DNA of 64,000 bases from Saccostrea cucullata (taxonomy: Eukaryota): NCBI RefSeq assembly GCF_032062105.1, contig NW_026935377.1, positions 62,001 to 126,000 on the forward strand, in the 5' to 3' direction. Made by a program: the position numbers and the translations under genes. Below the pieces are notes generated by a model. The model searched no databases and had not been told where the DNA came from. It saw nothing but the letters and a program-made list of their open reading frames with translations. How positions within the stretch are numbered: position 1 is the first letter of the stretch; each line of letters begins with the position of its first letter. Shown here piece after piece: positions 49,051-61,101 of this stretch.

Positions 49051-51987
49051 TTACAAGATAGTACATCGGCAATGTCCGTCAATACAGTGATGCTGGCGAC
49101 CAAAGGTGCACCTGTCGTGACAATCTGACGCCATGGTGCATGTTGCTAAAAATAGATGATTTGAATAGATCATAATTAAATGAGCCATAATTATACATTA
49201 TCAAGTATTTTTTTTATATAATTTTAAATTATGCTTAATAACTCTTTTATGTTGAATAATTGATGAAAAGAATATTACATACATTATAATCCCATTATCT
49301 ACAGTTACACCATATTGAAATCATAATGACGTCATTCTATATTTAGACAGTACAGTATTAAGGCCTACCTCCGCCTGCTGTCGTGCAGGTACACGTGTGG
49401 AAGATACAGTGTATTTCGGACCCAGTTCCACAGGTTGTGGTTGTGCAGTCGTCGTGTCGCCTGCAGTTCTCCGAATAGACTGAAACACAAGTGTTAAACA
49501 ATCATTCAATGTCATTCAGGTATAGAAGTTTTTATGCGTTTATGACAATCTTCTTTATCTGTTGAATTACTGCGTAAAGGGTAGTATAAGATGATCGGAT
49601 CAATCATGAAGGGGATACATAATTGCACAATATTACTTCTACAATGTAGTAAACATGGAAGGCAGATGCCCAGAATTGAATAAAATGCAATGAAGCTCAT
49701 TAATGATGTACTTTTATATCAATAATTTAAAACTTAAAATTGTAACATATACAAACAAAAAGATCTATAGAACAAAATGTAAGTTATATATTTTTGAATT
49801 TAAAAAAAAAATATTAAGGTCTAGTTTATCTGCAAACTTATGTAAAGGAGAAAGTCCGAAAACTGTCATTTCTGTGAGAGAAAGAACTGTTTGAAGCCCG
49901 AAGGGATCCTACTTAAAACATTTTCTCTATTGTTAACTTGATAAACCGTCCCAGTTGATGACTATGGTTACGTAAAACACTTGCTTGTGCAGAGAGTGAG
50001 GGGAGAAACAAAAGAGATGAAAATATTGCTATATTGTTTAACTTGAAAGATTCAGGTAAATTTAAATAATAACTCACTTGATCTCTGATTACTTCCAATG
50101 AAAAGCTTCAAGAGAGAAGCTCATCTGATGGAGAAAGTGATATATATTTCTCCAAAACATACATGTCAAAGGGTGTTAAATACTCTATTTAAAGTAGGTA
50201 GACACAAGCGAAACCTGCAGGTATGCAGAATCTGAAGTTGGTGTTCATGCTTGACCAAAACTATAATAAATCATTGTGAGAAGGATATGGAGATGGCGAA
50301 CAGTATTCAACATCAAAGTCCATAAACAATACAAAATAGGAGCAGAGCAAACACGGACCTCCAAAACATCAGAGGTGGTATCAGGTGCCATGGAGGAGTG
50401 AGCATCTCCTGCTGACCGGTCACACCCGACGTGTGCTCCTTGTCATGATCGAAAAATAACGGAAAAATCCGTCGTCAATTCAGTGTATAAATAATGGACT
50501 AAAAATTAGTAAGAAAAACGTCAGTCAGCATTTGACTTAATGATAAATTGTATCTGCTGACAAGTTCATTTTATCGACCATACATCTTAGGAAATGATGA
50601 CTTTAAACGAGACTGCTGATATTCTTGTTTCATCAACTCGCTTGTCAATAATTTACCTCGTTTTAGAAATTGCTCATACGTAGAGCATGCTCTTGCGTAT
50701 CGAATCATCTGAAATGTATACACTCCGTATGCAGGTGATGAAGGTATAATGCTGCATAAGTAAGGGATGTTGACGATAGAAAAGTTAAAGTCATCGCATT
50801 TATCATATAGCTTGGTTGTTAGATTACCATTGACGTCTTTTTCAAGTAAAATATCCAAGTATGAAACAAATATATCAGACTTTGTGGTATATTTTAATGG
50901 TCTCCTGGATATAAAGAATAATAAGGATTTAAGGGACACTATACGAAACGTTCTTTGAGAACAAAAGCGGCGACCCGCTTGTATGAAAGTGAGATTGAGG
51001 AACAGCTAATAACTTAGAAAAACGGGCCACAAATCTGTTACAGTTTGAACCTATAATTGAACCAACAACGAACAGCAACAGACAGTAAATGAAATAATTC
51101 TTGGAAATATGGGGGATTCAAAGGATGGCAAGTGTATGAAAAAGATAAAAATTTGTGATCCCTGCCCCAAAAATAATTCCACCTTCAGTGCATCTAGTGA
51201 GATTATCATTTAATGAGGAAATATGCCTTTCTCTTTTAAAATCTAAATTGCTGTTGGATACATATATTTTTAAACGTTCATTAATTTGATCTACTACGTC
51301 AGGCTTTCATGTACAAATATTGTGAAGAGGATAAGACGTATATTTGTTTATTAATAAACAAACTTCTGGATGTGGATGTTGTACATTTATTTTACATCAG
51401 AATATTACACATGTGTCTTCTTGGCAATAGGAATTGCCGTTTCCAAAAATGATATACTGTTGAACATTTCATATACAAATGTTTTATATTCATGAATAAA
51501 TGTGTATGAAATAGAAAATTCATTTTCTAATAAAGTTCAGAAAATATTTTGTATTTTCAACATTTAAAACGTGTACATTAAGTTACCTGTAATTGTACAT
51601 TAAGTTGGTTAAACGCTGTCGATATTTACAATTCGTTTAAGAATTATATGTACAAGTGATCAGAGGTTGATATTGAAAATATTTGAGTTTCTCATTAACC
51701 ATATGACTTAAGTTTTCGGAGTTGGGTCTTCCAATAATCTGTTGAAATTCCAGCGGTTTCTAACTGTGTTGCAATATAAGCATATCTGTTTTTGTACTCC
51801 TATGAAGTAGAATTCGCTCAAAAACTTAAGGTATGTTCTAAAATTTATATGCAATGCCCATCTAAAAATTTTCTTCATATTTTGAAGTTACTAAAACATT
51901 TCTAATATTTTGTCATCTTTACACTTCAAAATAATTAAGAAACTTACCTGCTGCGATCAGGACAGCCAAAACAAATAAGGTTTTCAT
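49051..51987 (-). CDS. Cys-rich secreted peptide 7 (cvSI/I84-like), 3 exons, 81 aa
   Basis: Exons 51987-51948, 49479-49369, 49145-49051. MKTLFVLAVLIAAVYSENCRRHDDCTTTTCGTGSEIHCIFHTCTCTTAGGATCTMASDCHDRCTFGRQHHCIDGHCRCTIL*. Confidence 0.9.
50280..50892 (-). mobile_element. Penelope-like retroelement 3' fragment in intron 1 of gene 7
   Basis: SYLDILLEKDVNGNLTTKLYDK...PAYGVY...IRYARAC. Confidence 0.8.
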
Positions 51988-54562
51988 GATTGAAGGCTCA
52001 GACAGACTGGTGGTCAAAACTGCATTGCATTCATTTATAAGGCAGAAGCAAATATAGATAAAAACCGTTCTTTTTTTGGAACACAAAGATAATATAATAA
52101 CATGCAATGAAATTTCATGAATATAAGACATACATGTTTGTCACGATCCATCTTCACATTTTTATAACTCACTTACCTCATAATGCATATTGGGGGAATT
52201 ACATGTACATATGATTCTCTCTACATTAGATTTTATTTTTTATAAACGTCTCTGCCTCTTTTTGTTACTTTTTCGTCAATCTAGCTATCCCTATTTATTT
52301 GTACATTATTTATTTGTACATAACTTTTATATCGGTGTAAGAAAAGTTTGTTTAAAAAAAAACACAGGGATTATCGGATTTGAAAATAAATCTTCATTTC
52401 ATACTTTAATAGAAGCTTTTAAAAAAATTAGTTTTATATTGCGCCATACGCCTGCAAAATATAATGTCCATTTCCTTGCATTTGATTTCATTTCATAACA
52501 TTCTTTTTGTACTGAAAATGTGTGTTTTCTCAAACGTTCAAAAATTGTCCAAAGATAACATAATAGGCATTGATATTTTGGTGAAAAAGGCATATGCTGC
52601 TATTGCTTAGTAAAAACACAAGATACTTACTCCTAACAGGCACCTGATCCCAGCTCTGAAATTTCCGGGGGTTGCTGCGTTATGCCATCTTTCCATAATT
52701 CTATAGTGTAGAATTTTCAGATCAATCAATATTTATTATCTTCACCTTTTACCTTAAAGTGGCGTGGCGGGGGGTGGGGTGGGGTGGCCATTTTCAGACT
52801 ATTTTGACCTCCTTAAGAAGAAGAGCCCCATATAAAGATATTAAAAAATGATCAAATTTTATAACTAACATGTATGAAATTTTTCTTTGCCAAATGATAG
52901 TTGACAGCTTAAGATATCATATCTAAAAAATTAAGTTAAATCCCTGGAGGTTAATTTGTTGACCCCCCCCCCCCCCCAGTCTCCTTAAAATCAATACAAA
53001 TTTGCAAAGATGGCGTTCAGTACAGATTCCTGAAAATTCCAGAGATGGAATCCGGTATCCATTCCCTGCAGACCAGCAACATCCACGCGAGTCCCATTGT
53101 GATACTAGTAATCAGTCAGTCTGTAGTCTGATTCAGTATGAAAAAAATTAAATATCTGAAAATGTATCTTCTGCATTTTTGCCTAATGGTGTAAATTCTT
53201 ATGAACTGCTGCTACTTGTTAAAATTGTTTTAAGCCATCTGTTTGAAAGAAAAAATGTGCTTTACCATCAATGTAAAGTACGAATCTATATCAAAATACT
53301 TAACGTTCTTTTATCCATTTTATACAAATAATTCATCCAGCTATAAATTTTGTAAAGATTAACGGTTGCATTTTTCATTTATAAAAAATTCCTCATCAAC
53401 GAGCTAAAAAGCATTTCATTATTTACTTTATAGGAAAAATCCAGAAGACTCTTCCTTATCTCTGTTAATCTATGAATTGAAGAGGAGACACTATGGATAC
53501 TATGCGGTAACAGATATTTACTTGTAATATGTATTTTTTTAGATGAGGATAGGATATTGTACAACTCAGGAAGTTCGATGTTCCTGTGGTTAAAATGAAA
53601 CAGTAGATCTAAAGTGTCAAGAAAAAGTAGTTCTGCGTTTGTCAAACATCCTAGTGGACTTTTTTCAACAGATTGATTTCCATCAAGAGGAGTAATTTAG
53701 TATTAATAAAGGAAACTCATAAATGAGTATTATGTGCCGTAATGCAAAGAATGAATCCAAAGCTAATTCTAGGAGTGTCATGACCAAGCCACGCCAGGAA
53801 ATAAAGAAGGAAGTTATTTTATTTACCAATTAAAAGTACATGCAAAACAAAATGTAGTGATAGTTAAGTCTTGCTTTTTATATAGTACATTAGTTTTATA
53901 TTTATAAGTTGTTCCAAATAATTTACTCAAGGGTTATGGTATTTGCATATAATGCATGTAAAGTAATTTCAGAGATAAAAATTTTACATGTATGTCAAAA
54001 ATCAATTCAATCATGAAATGATCTTCCCTGAGAATTCAGTTTTCTTTGTTCAAACGTTGACTTGAATATCTTCCATACGAATTGTTAGGTAATTATTTTA
54101 TTGCTGGACCAACTATAGAATTCTCCTTTTACAGGAACATAAAAAAATTCACACAAATGGTGTGTCACGTAAGTAGTCAAACCTAAGACTAAACAATGGT
54201 AATAATTAATCCTTTGCTAAGAACCATTATTTTAATTGAAAACCACGGGTCTTTCGGATGAGACCTTTTAAAGCAAAGTTTTGCTTCAGAACAAATGTTG
54301 GCACGATAGAATTTTCTCTTCAGAATGTCCCTGGGTGCAGAAAATAGGTCATTTGAAACTCTTAATCGGTATATGGTGACTATTTTGTTTGAGTAAGGCA
54401 TCCTCGAATGAGAGAATGAGATGTAAAAACAACAAAAAATTATATGGGATATTCATCGAAATTCATGAAGTTACGTTTAAGCATATGAAAAGAAAATGTA
54501 CAATCATTTTTTTAATAAATAAAAATGAAAGTCCAGTGACATTTTTATTGTGATGTTTTTAT

Positions 54563-55777
54563 CTAGTTTGCTTTACTGCAGTTTTTGAATAACTTTTTGA
54601 TCTCCGTTGTAAATTGATGGTCGAGAAAAGCATAGATGAATGGATTAACGATATTGTTAATGATGTACATTCTATAAACAAACAAAATACCAGCTCTTGT
54701 AGAATCAGAAAATGTCTCCCAAAATTCTAAATGTATCGCTTCAAGCAGCATGAGGATGACCTTTGGGATGTAGCAGATGAGGAAAAAGATACTGATTAGC
54801 ATGAACATCAGGGTAAACTTATAGACGACCCTCTTGTTGGTTTGTTCTTTTCTTAGTTTTGCACTTGATTTATACAGAACTGGGTTACCTCCAGGTGGCA
54901 CATATGTTGGACTATTCAATGTACCTGTTGACTGATGTGTATTAGAGGCAACTGAGCTTATTAAACTGTCTGCTTCAATAGAATTAATTCCAATTTCCGA
55001 GTCACTTTGCATGTTCTCACTACTGGAGACTCCAGTTTGTAAGTTTAAGTCAATTGCGTTGGGAAGGTTTTCAGTGGTCTCATTTCCTTTTTTCTTGCGA
55101 ACGGTTTTCTTGCGTTTGAAATGTTTAAGGATCGTATATCCTATTCTTGAGTAAAGACAAATAAGTGCAACAATAACAGATACGGTGGTTAGAACTGTAG
55201 TACTTCCAAAGATCAAAGATGCTGTTTTATTGACCGTTTTCAACCTGCTGCAATGGTATCCAAAAAGTCCTTCTTCCTTTTTAGAGAAGGGTGTTGATCC
55301 ATAGAAATAAGCCATTGGTAAGGCTAAGACAAATGCTACCAGTACTCCCAAGCAAAGGGCCAGTCTTTTCCATTTAAGTGTCATCTGTTTTCTGAAAGGT
55401 GTGCATACCTTTAAATATCTGTGCACTGCGATGATTAGAAGAAATAGAACCGAAGTAAAAGCTGGAAACGATCCAAGGAACCGGAAGAATTTACATAATA
55501 CTGTGTCACTGAATGTTACCTGCATCATGTTTAAAGCTATTGCAAAGCCAGCACAAGAAATGGAGGCTACTAGATCCACCACAGCAAGAAAAGGAATGAA
55601 ATACCTCTCCTCGTTATTGCCTTTCATCTTAAAACCGTAAATAAAAATAACAGTAACATTTCCAAGCAGACCGATAATGATGTATAAAGACAAAATCACG
55701 TTATTAACAACTAGTCCTCTTGCAAGCTCATTATTCCATTTTTCCAATTTCTCTAAAGAAGAAGTGGAGTTATTCAT
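54563..55777 (-). CDS. Intronless class A (rhodopsin-like) GPCR, orphan, peptide-receptor-like, 404 aa
   Basis: Seven hydrophobic segments; TM1 GLLGN, TM2 LAVVD, TM3 IAVHRY (DRY variant), TM6 FLICYIP, TM7 NPFIY; N-terminal N-glycosylation sequons (NNS/NST); long Ser-rich third intracellular loop. Confidence 0.92.
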   Translation of the reverse strand: MNNSTSSLEKLEKWNNELARGLVVNNVILSLYIIIGLLGNVTVIFIYGFKMKGNNEERYFIPFLAVVDLVASISCAGFAIALNMMQVTFSDTVLCKFFRFLGSFPAFTSVLFLLIIAVHRYLKVCTPFRKQMTLKWKRLALCLGVLVAFVLALPMAYFYGSTPFSKKEEGLFGYHCSRLKTVNKTASLIFGSTTVLTTVSVIVALICLYSRIGYTILKHFKRKKTVRKKKGNETTENLPNAIDLNLQTGVSSSENMQSDSEIGINSIEADSLISSVASNTHQSTGTLNSPTYVPPGGNPVLYKSSAKLRKEQTNKRVVYKFTLMFMLISIFFLICYIPKVILMLLEAIHLEFWETFSDSTRAGILFVYRMYIINNIVNPFIYAFLDHQFTTEIKKLFKNCSKAN

Positions 55778-56439
55778 TGCTATAGACTTATTACTGAAGT
55801 AAATGCAGGCCCTGATTCACCGATTACTCATTTATTTCGGATACCTCGCTGTGTGGTTTCCTTGTGGAGGAGGAAGCATGCAGGAAGTTTTTTTTATTTA
55901 AACGTTACGAAACATACATATAACAAAAAGTATATATAATGCAGTTTTGTACAGCTGTTGCACCTATAAATATCTGTTCTGGTATCAATGATGAAAATTA
56001 TTTGGATATGTGTGAACGTACACATTGTTTTACATTTTGAAAACTACTTAATATATATGTTTTGAAAATACAAGACCTATAATTCTTTTCGTGCTGACAA
56101 TCTACTGCAACAAAATTCTAAATCATCTGCGATGTTTTGTTGTATTTTTGAAAACATAATAAGGTTTTAAAATTTCCCTTTTCTTGCAGTGGAGTGGAGA
56201 AATGGGGGTTTAAAACGCTTTCATGATATGATATCTGAATTTCAAAACTCCGCTGACATTTTTCTGAATAGTATTTTGCAAACAAAGATACATAGCGGGT
56301 TCCAGTATATCCTCCTCAACCAAGCCCCTTTATTTACTCCTCACTAAGATATTCAAAGTAGTGAAGGAGAAACTTCAAGACAACAATATATTCAAGAAGT
56401 AAGGTAAATCAGATGTGGATCCTTAAAAATTCCAATTAT

Positions 56440-57312
56440 TTAAAAAGAAAAACATTTGGATTGTACACACAAATACACTTAAGTTGATATCAAAAAGATG
56501 CTTGAGTTTTTGATTGACAATATTTATGTGGTTTTTGGGGACCATGACTTTCAATAATCTATTTGAATTCCCAAAGATACCAATTGTTAGATAACCTGTT
56601 ATTAGCAGACCTATTTCTGTATTCATAGGAAGCAGACTTTGTTCAAAATCTTACACGTAAAAAGAAGAAAATACTTGCTTTGGCCCTCAACTCGACATTT
56701 AGATATATCGACGATTTTCCATTCTTATGTTGATACGATATATTCCCGTTGAACTTGGGATAAAAGATACCACAGAGTCTGACACATCCGTTTCATATTT
56801 GGATATTTTACTTGAAAAAGACGTCAATGGTAATCTAACAACCAAGCTCTATGATAAACGTAATGACTTTACAATCGTCAACTTTCCTTACTTATGCAGC
56901 AATATACCTTCATCACCTGCAAACAGAGTTTATATATCTCTGTTGAATCGATACACAGGAGCATACTCTACGTATGAACAATTTCTAAAACGAGGTAAAT
57001 TTTTGACAAATAAGTTGATGAGCAAGATCAGCTTTCTCGTTTTGAATCATCATTTTGTAAGTTCGTTCTATGGTCGATACAATGACCCTGTCAACAAATA
57101 CAATTTATCATGAGTCAAATGCTTACTAACATATAACTGTTAGTCCATTATTTATAAACTGAATTAACGACGGATTTTTTTCGTTATTTCCCGATCATGA
57201 CAAGGAGCATACGGCGAGTGTGACCGGTCGGTAGGAGATGCTCACTCCTCCATGGCATCTGATCCCACATCTGATGTTTTGGAGGTCCATGTTTACTCTG
57301 CTCATATTTTGT
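56440..57312 (+). mobile_element. Penelope-like retroelement fragment, plus strand
   Basis: FRYIDD at about 56698; ORF 56727-57113 with the same RT C-terminal motifs and the same 3' non-coding end. Confidence 0.8.
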
Positions 57313-58852
57313 GAACTTTTGATCTGCACACCCTCATAGTCAAATGGAGGCCGAATACGACATAATTTAAATTACAAAAATCAGCATTCTCAACTTTTTC
57401 TAGACGACTGAGGACATTCTGTAGATGTGCAATTAGGTCTTGGAACTTAATTTTTTACAGTAGGAATGGTAGTCAAAAAAGACACATTTCTTTATTTACA
57501 AAATATTAGTTCCCCAAACTCCACTTTAATTTAACGCAGTATCCGGTTCTTCTTTTGCAAGATGATTGATGGAATTCTGTAAATTCTGTTAATGTGCGGT
57601 TAGATTTTAGATTTTACATATTCAAAGTGGGAATCGTATTCAAAAAAGATACTCTTCTTTATTTTACAAAATATTGGTTCTCAAAATTTCACTTTTATGC
57701 AGTTACCGGCTCAGTTTGACTGGGGTAAGCAGAAGATGTGTGCAAACGGTCATGTAAATTTTGTTTTCACTCTGGTGATTAAATGGAAATTGGACGAAAA
57801 TTTTAAAACCATTAATTATCTACAATCTTCATATATTTTACACAATATATATATTCATAAACATATTTTCAGTTTCTAAAACAAGGTATGTTATTGACAC
57901 GTAAGCTGATGAATCAAGAAGACCATGAACACACAGCAAGTTTTACACCAGTACATTGCACTTACTTTTGGACCCCTAATGGCTAGCAAACACATATTCC
58001 GTTGGGGGTTAAGAAAATGTTCCGATCGTAATAATTATTACGATATGGACAATTACTTACCTCGAAAGGAAAAAAGCACTTTGGGTGTGCTTCTTCACAA
58101 TCCAATCAGATCTTTATCTATTGAGAGTTAATTGTCAAAAACCTGTAAACCAATTCTTCCGTACAAGTCTGTTGATCTTTTCCTGACCCACTGATCCCTC
58201 AAACGACCTAGACCAGCACAAAAGCTTTAAGCTACACAGTAAAGGGATTATCTGTTTTGTTAAACTTCATTGCCATTTGATCTAATTTGTTAGGTACCAA
58301 GTAAACGTTAAGCAAATATAATTTTATCTCTTGGTGTAGATTTTACAGGCATGCAAAAGTTGCATCCGGTTAGTAAATCAGCGAAAGTGAAAGCATTTTC
58401 TGCTCCATAAATTTTTATAATATATAATTATATTTTGGAACACTTGTAGCTCAGAATACTTCCTTGGATGAATCCTATTACTATAACTATATAATATTAA
58501 TATCCTTGGAAATATCTACATCAATACACATGCATCGAAATTCAGAATTCAAAATAGTCATATTGTCCCTCAACTTACAAAATTTTGTGGATATTAAACT
58601 ACTTTCTTCCTTCGCCGTCATTTATTGTCATATCAATATGTAATTTAATCATTCTTTAACCAAATGTTTGTTTTCTACTCTAAAAGAATTATAGTGTCAT
58701 GAAATCATGGATGTGGCCAAAATATTTCAGGCCACAAATGAAAACTCTTAAGATAGAAAGTCAAATCTTTTGCTATCTAAATATAATTTATTTCTCTAAA
58801 AAATGTTTTGTTTTGTTTTTTAAAAAGTACATCGACAATGTAGGTTGCTATG

Positions 58853-60028
58853 TTAAAAGTGGGTACATCGGCAATGGCCGTCAATACAGTGATGCTGGCG
58901 ACCAAAAGAACACCTGTCATGGCAGTCGGACAACGTGGTGCATGTTGCTAAAAAAGAATATTTGTTATCTTAAATAAATTGACTAGCAAAATTGATTACT
59001 TTGATACAGTTTTCTTTACGGTCAGATGATACAAACAAAGAATTGATGCCTGGATTGGTATATATTCATGGATTGGTATATATTCTTTGACCTTATTTCA
59101 TTGCAAAATTGATGCAAACAATAAATTTCTAGAATATCTTTAAATTGTAAAATTTCTGCGACATTCAAAATTCTACCCTTCTGAGACCATCCTTATTATT
59201 CTATAAAAATATTTTTCACTTCATTTTCCATCTTTCTGCAATTTTGAATAAAACTTACGCGGTGAAACTTATTCATTTTATTCATTAAAATATGACCTAA
59301 GTTATTATTTTCAAAATTTTTGACAAAAAGTTGTTTGTATCATCTGTCCTTAATATTTGTTTTTGTTTAAACCGTGAATTAATAAGTTTTTAAAAAATCG
59401 AACCACCTATCACAAGTGTTCTTAAATAAAACTGTATCTTCTTGCTATTGCCTAACCTCCGCTACTGGCAGCCATTGTGCACGTGCACGTGTGGAAGATG
59501 CAGTGTATCTCGGCCCCAGTACCACATATTGTGTTTTTACATTCTTCGTGTCGGTTGCATGTCTCAGAGTATACTGAAAAAATAGCGCATCAACATTTTA
59601 TTTGTTTTATCTTTTTTAAGTTGCTGGGATATTTTAAACGAGACCGTAAATATCCCTGCGTCGCGGACTTACTTGTCTATAGCCTGCCTCGTTTTAAGGA
59701 TGTTCATACGTAGATACATTCTCAACTGACAGATAAACTCCTTTATATGTGAAATTCTTATGTTGCTTTACTAAGAGAATTTATGTTTTTACAAAGTGTT
59801 GTTTCCAAGGAATTTTCAAAAAGAAAATTGACAAAGAAGTGGAAAAAGAGCTACATTGTTTTCTATAAAAAAAGAAAGAAAAAAGATCTACTTACTGGCA
59901 GAGTGTAGACTATCTTCTCATTTTTAAGAAAATATGATGGCCTCCTTTTACAAATAGCAGTATTTATCATAGCAATTCACATACATACCTGCTACAATCA
60001 GGAGAGCGAAAGCAAAGATGATTCTCAT
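58853..60028 (-). CDS. Cys-rich secreted peptide 8 (cvSI/I84-like), 3 exons, 83 aa
   Basis: Exons 60028-59989, 59573-59457, 58947-58853. MRIIFAFALLIVAVYSETCNRHEECKNTICGTGAEIHCIFHTCTCTMAASSGATCTTLSDCHDRCSFGRQHHCIDGHCRCTHF*. Confidence 0.92.
59020..59349. mobile_element. About 330-bp MITE (TTAA at right end) in intron 2 of gene 8
   Basis: TIR CAGATGATACAAAC / GTTTGTATCATCTG; second copy at 62299-62623. Confidence 0.75.
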
Positions 60029-61101
60029 GGTGTTGAATGTGTCTTTAAATCTTTCGTCTGTCTATTTACCTGTACGAGACATCAAGTCTTATAAGTAATG
60101 GTCAGTCTGTCCAGCGGTCAGAGGTCATCCGAAATGAGCACGCGCGAACTACTGTTGTACTATTACGGACTACTCTATATTATGAAATTCTGGGATTTCT
60201 CATGACTATTCCTGCGCAAGAACCTACCATTATCAATGAATGATGTAAACAAATCTGCAATAATTGATAAACTCAGACTTGTTTACTTATCAAGCAGACC
60301 TCATTTATGACCCCCGTAAGTATAATCAATATATAAACTTATTTTCGGGGAGTATAATGGGGTATTTCAAATTAGCTTCGATTTTTTTATGATAGAAAAA
60401 CGATCATTCATATCATTAATTGTATTTTAATTGTAAAAGGAAACCAGTATTCTCTTAAACAATATCTGATTTTCGCACTCTAGATGTACAGTTCTTTTTC
60501 ATCCTTACTAACAGATTAAAAAAATTATGTGTTTTTTTTCTCTATGATGAAAGTGAATATGGGAAATTTCGTTTCACTCTTCTATTTAAAAAAAAAATTT
60601 GAAATTGTACTTATTTCTGAGTTTGATATAAGTTTCATGCTTTAGACTTCAGAAAAGATTAGTGCCTTTGTATGAAAGAAATACATAATGAAATTGTTTT
60701 GTAGAGATTTCAAATGAGAGGAATGAGATGGGAAAGTAATGAACAGTAATCATGTTTAAAAGTCAATTGAAATGAAACACATTGTAAACAGAGCACACAC
60801 TGACCACTAAAACTTCAGGAAGAGTCTTCGATACATTTGTATTCTTCCAAATGACGAACTTTTGATTCATTAACTGTATATACAGGTTATTGTTGTTTTA
60901 CGATATTTATAACTGAAAAGCTTAATAGCACATTTTCAGTTTTCTTGCAATAGAGTCATCGTAATGATGGCCATCATTGGCTATTCTCAATTACTATGAT
61001 GATTTCAATTTTACTCCATCACACAGGAGATTCTTTCATACATTTTAACATTACAGCACAGTCTTTCTACGTAGATTTCTGTGGTTGCTTTACATGAGGA
61101 A

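Noticed and set aside
57195-57312. Hammerhead ribozyme in the Penelope-like termini
   Set aside because: Penelope-like elements often carry them, but I could not find a complete CTGANGA...GAAA core with paired stems by eye. An Infernal search would be needed.
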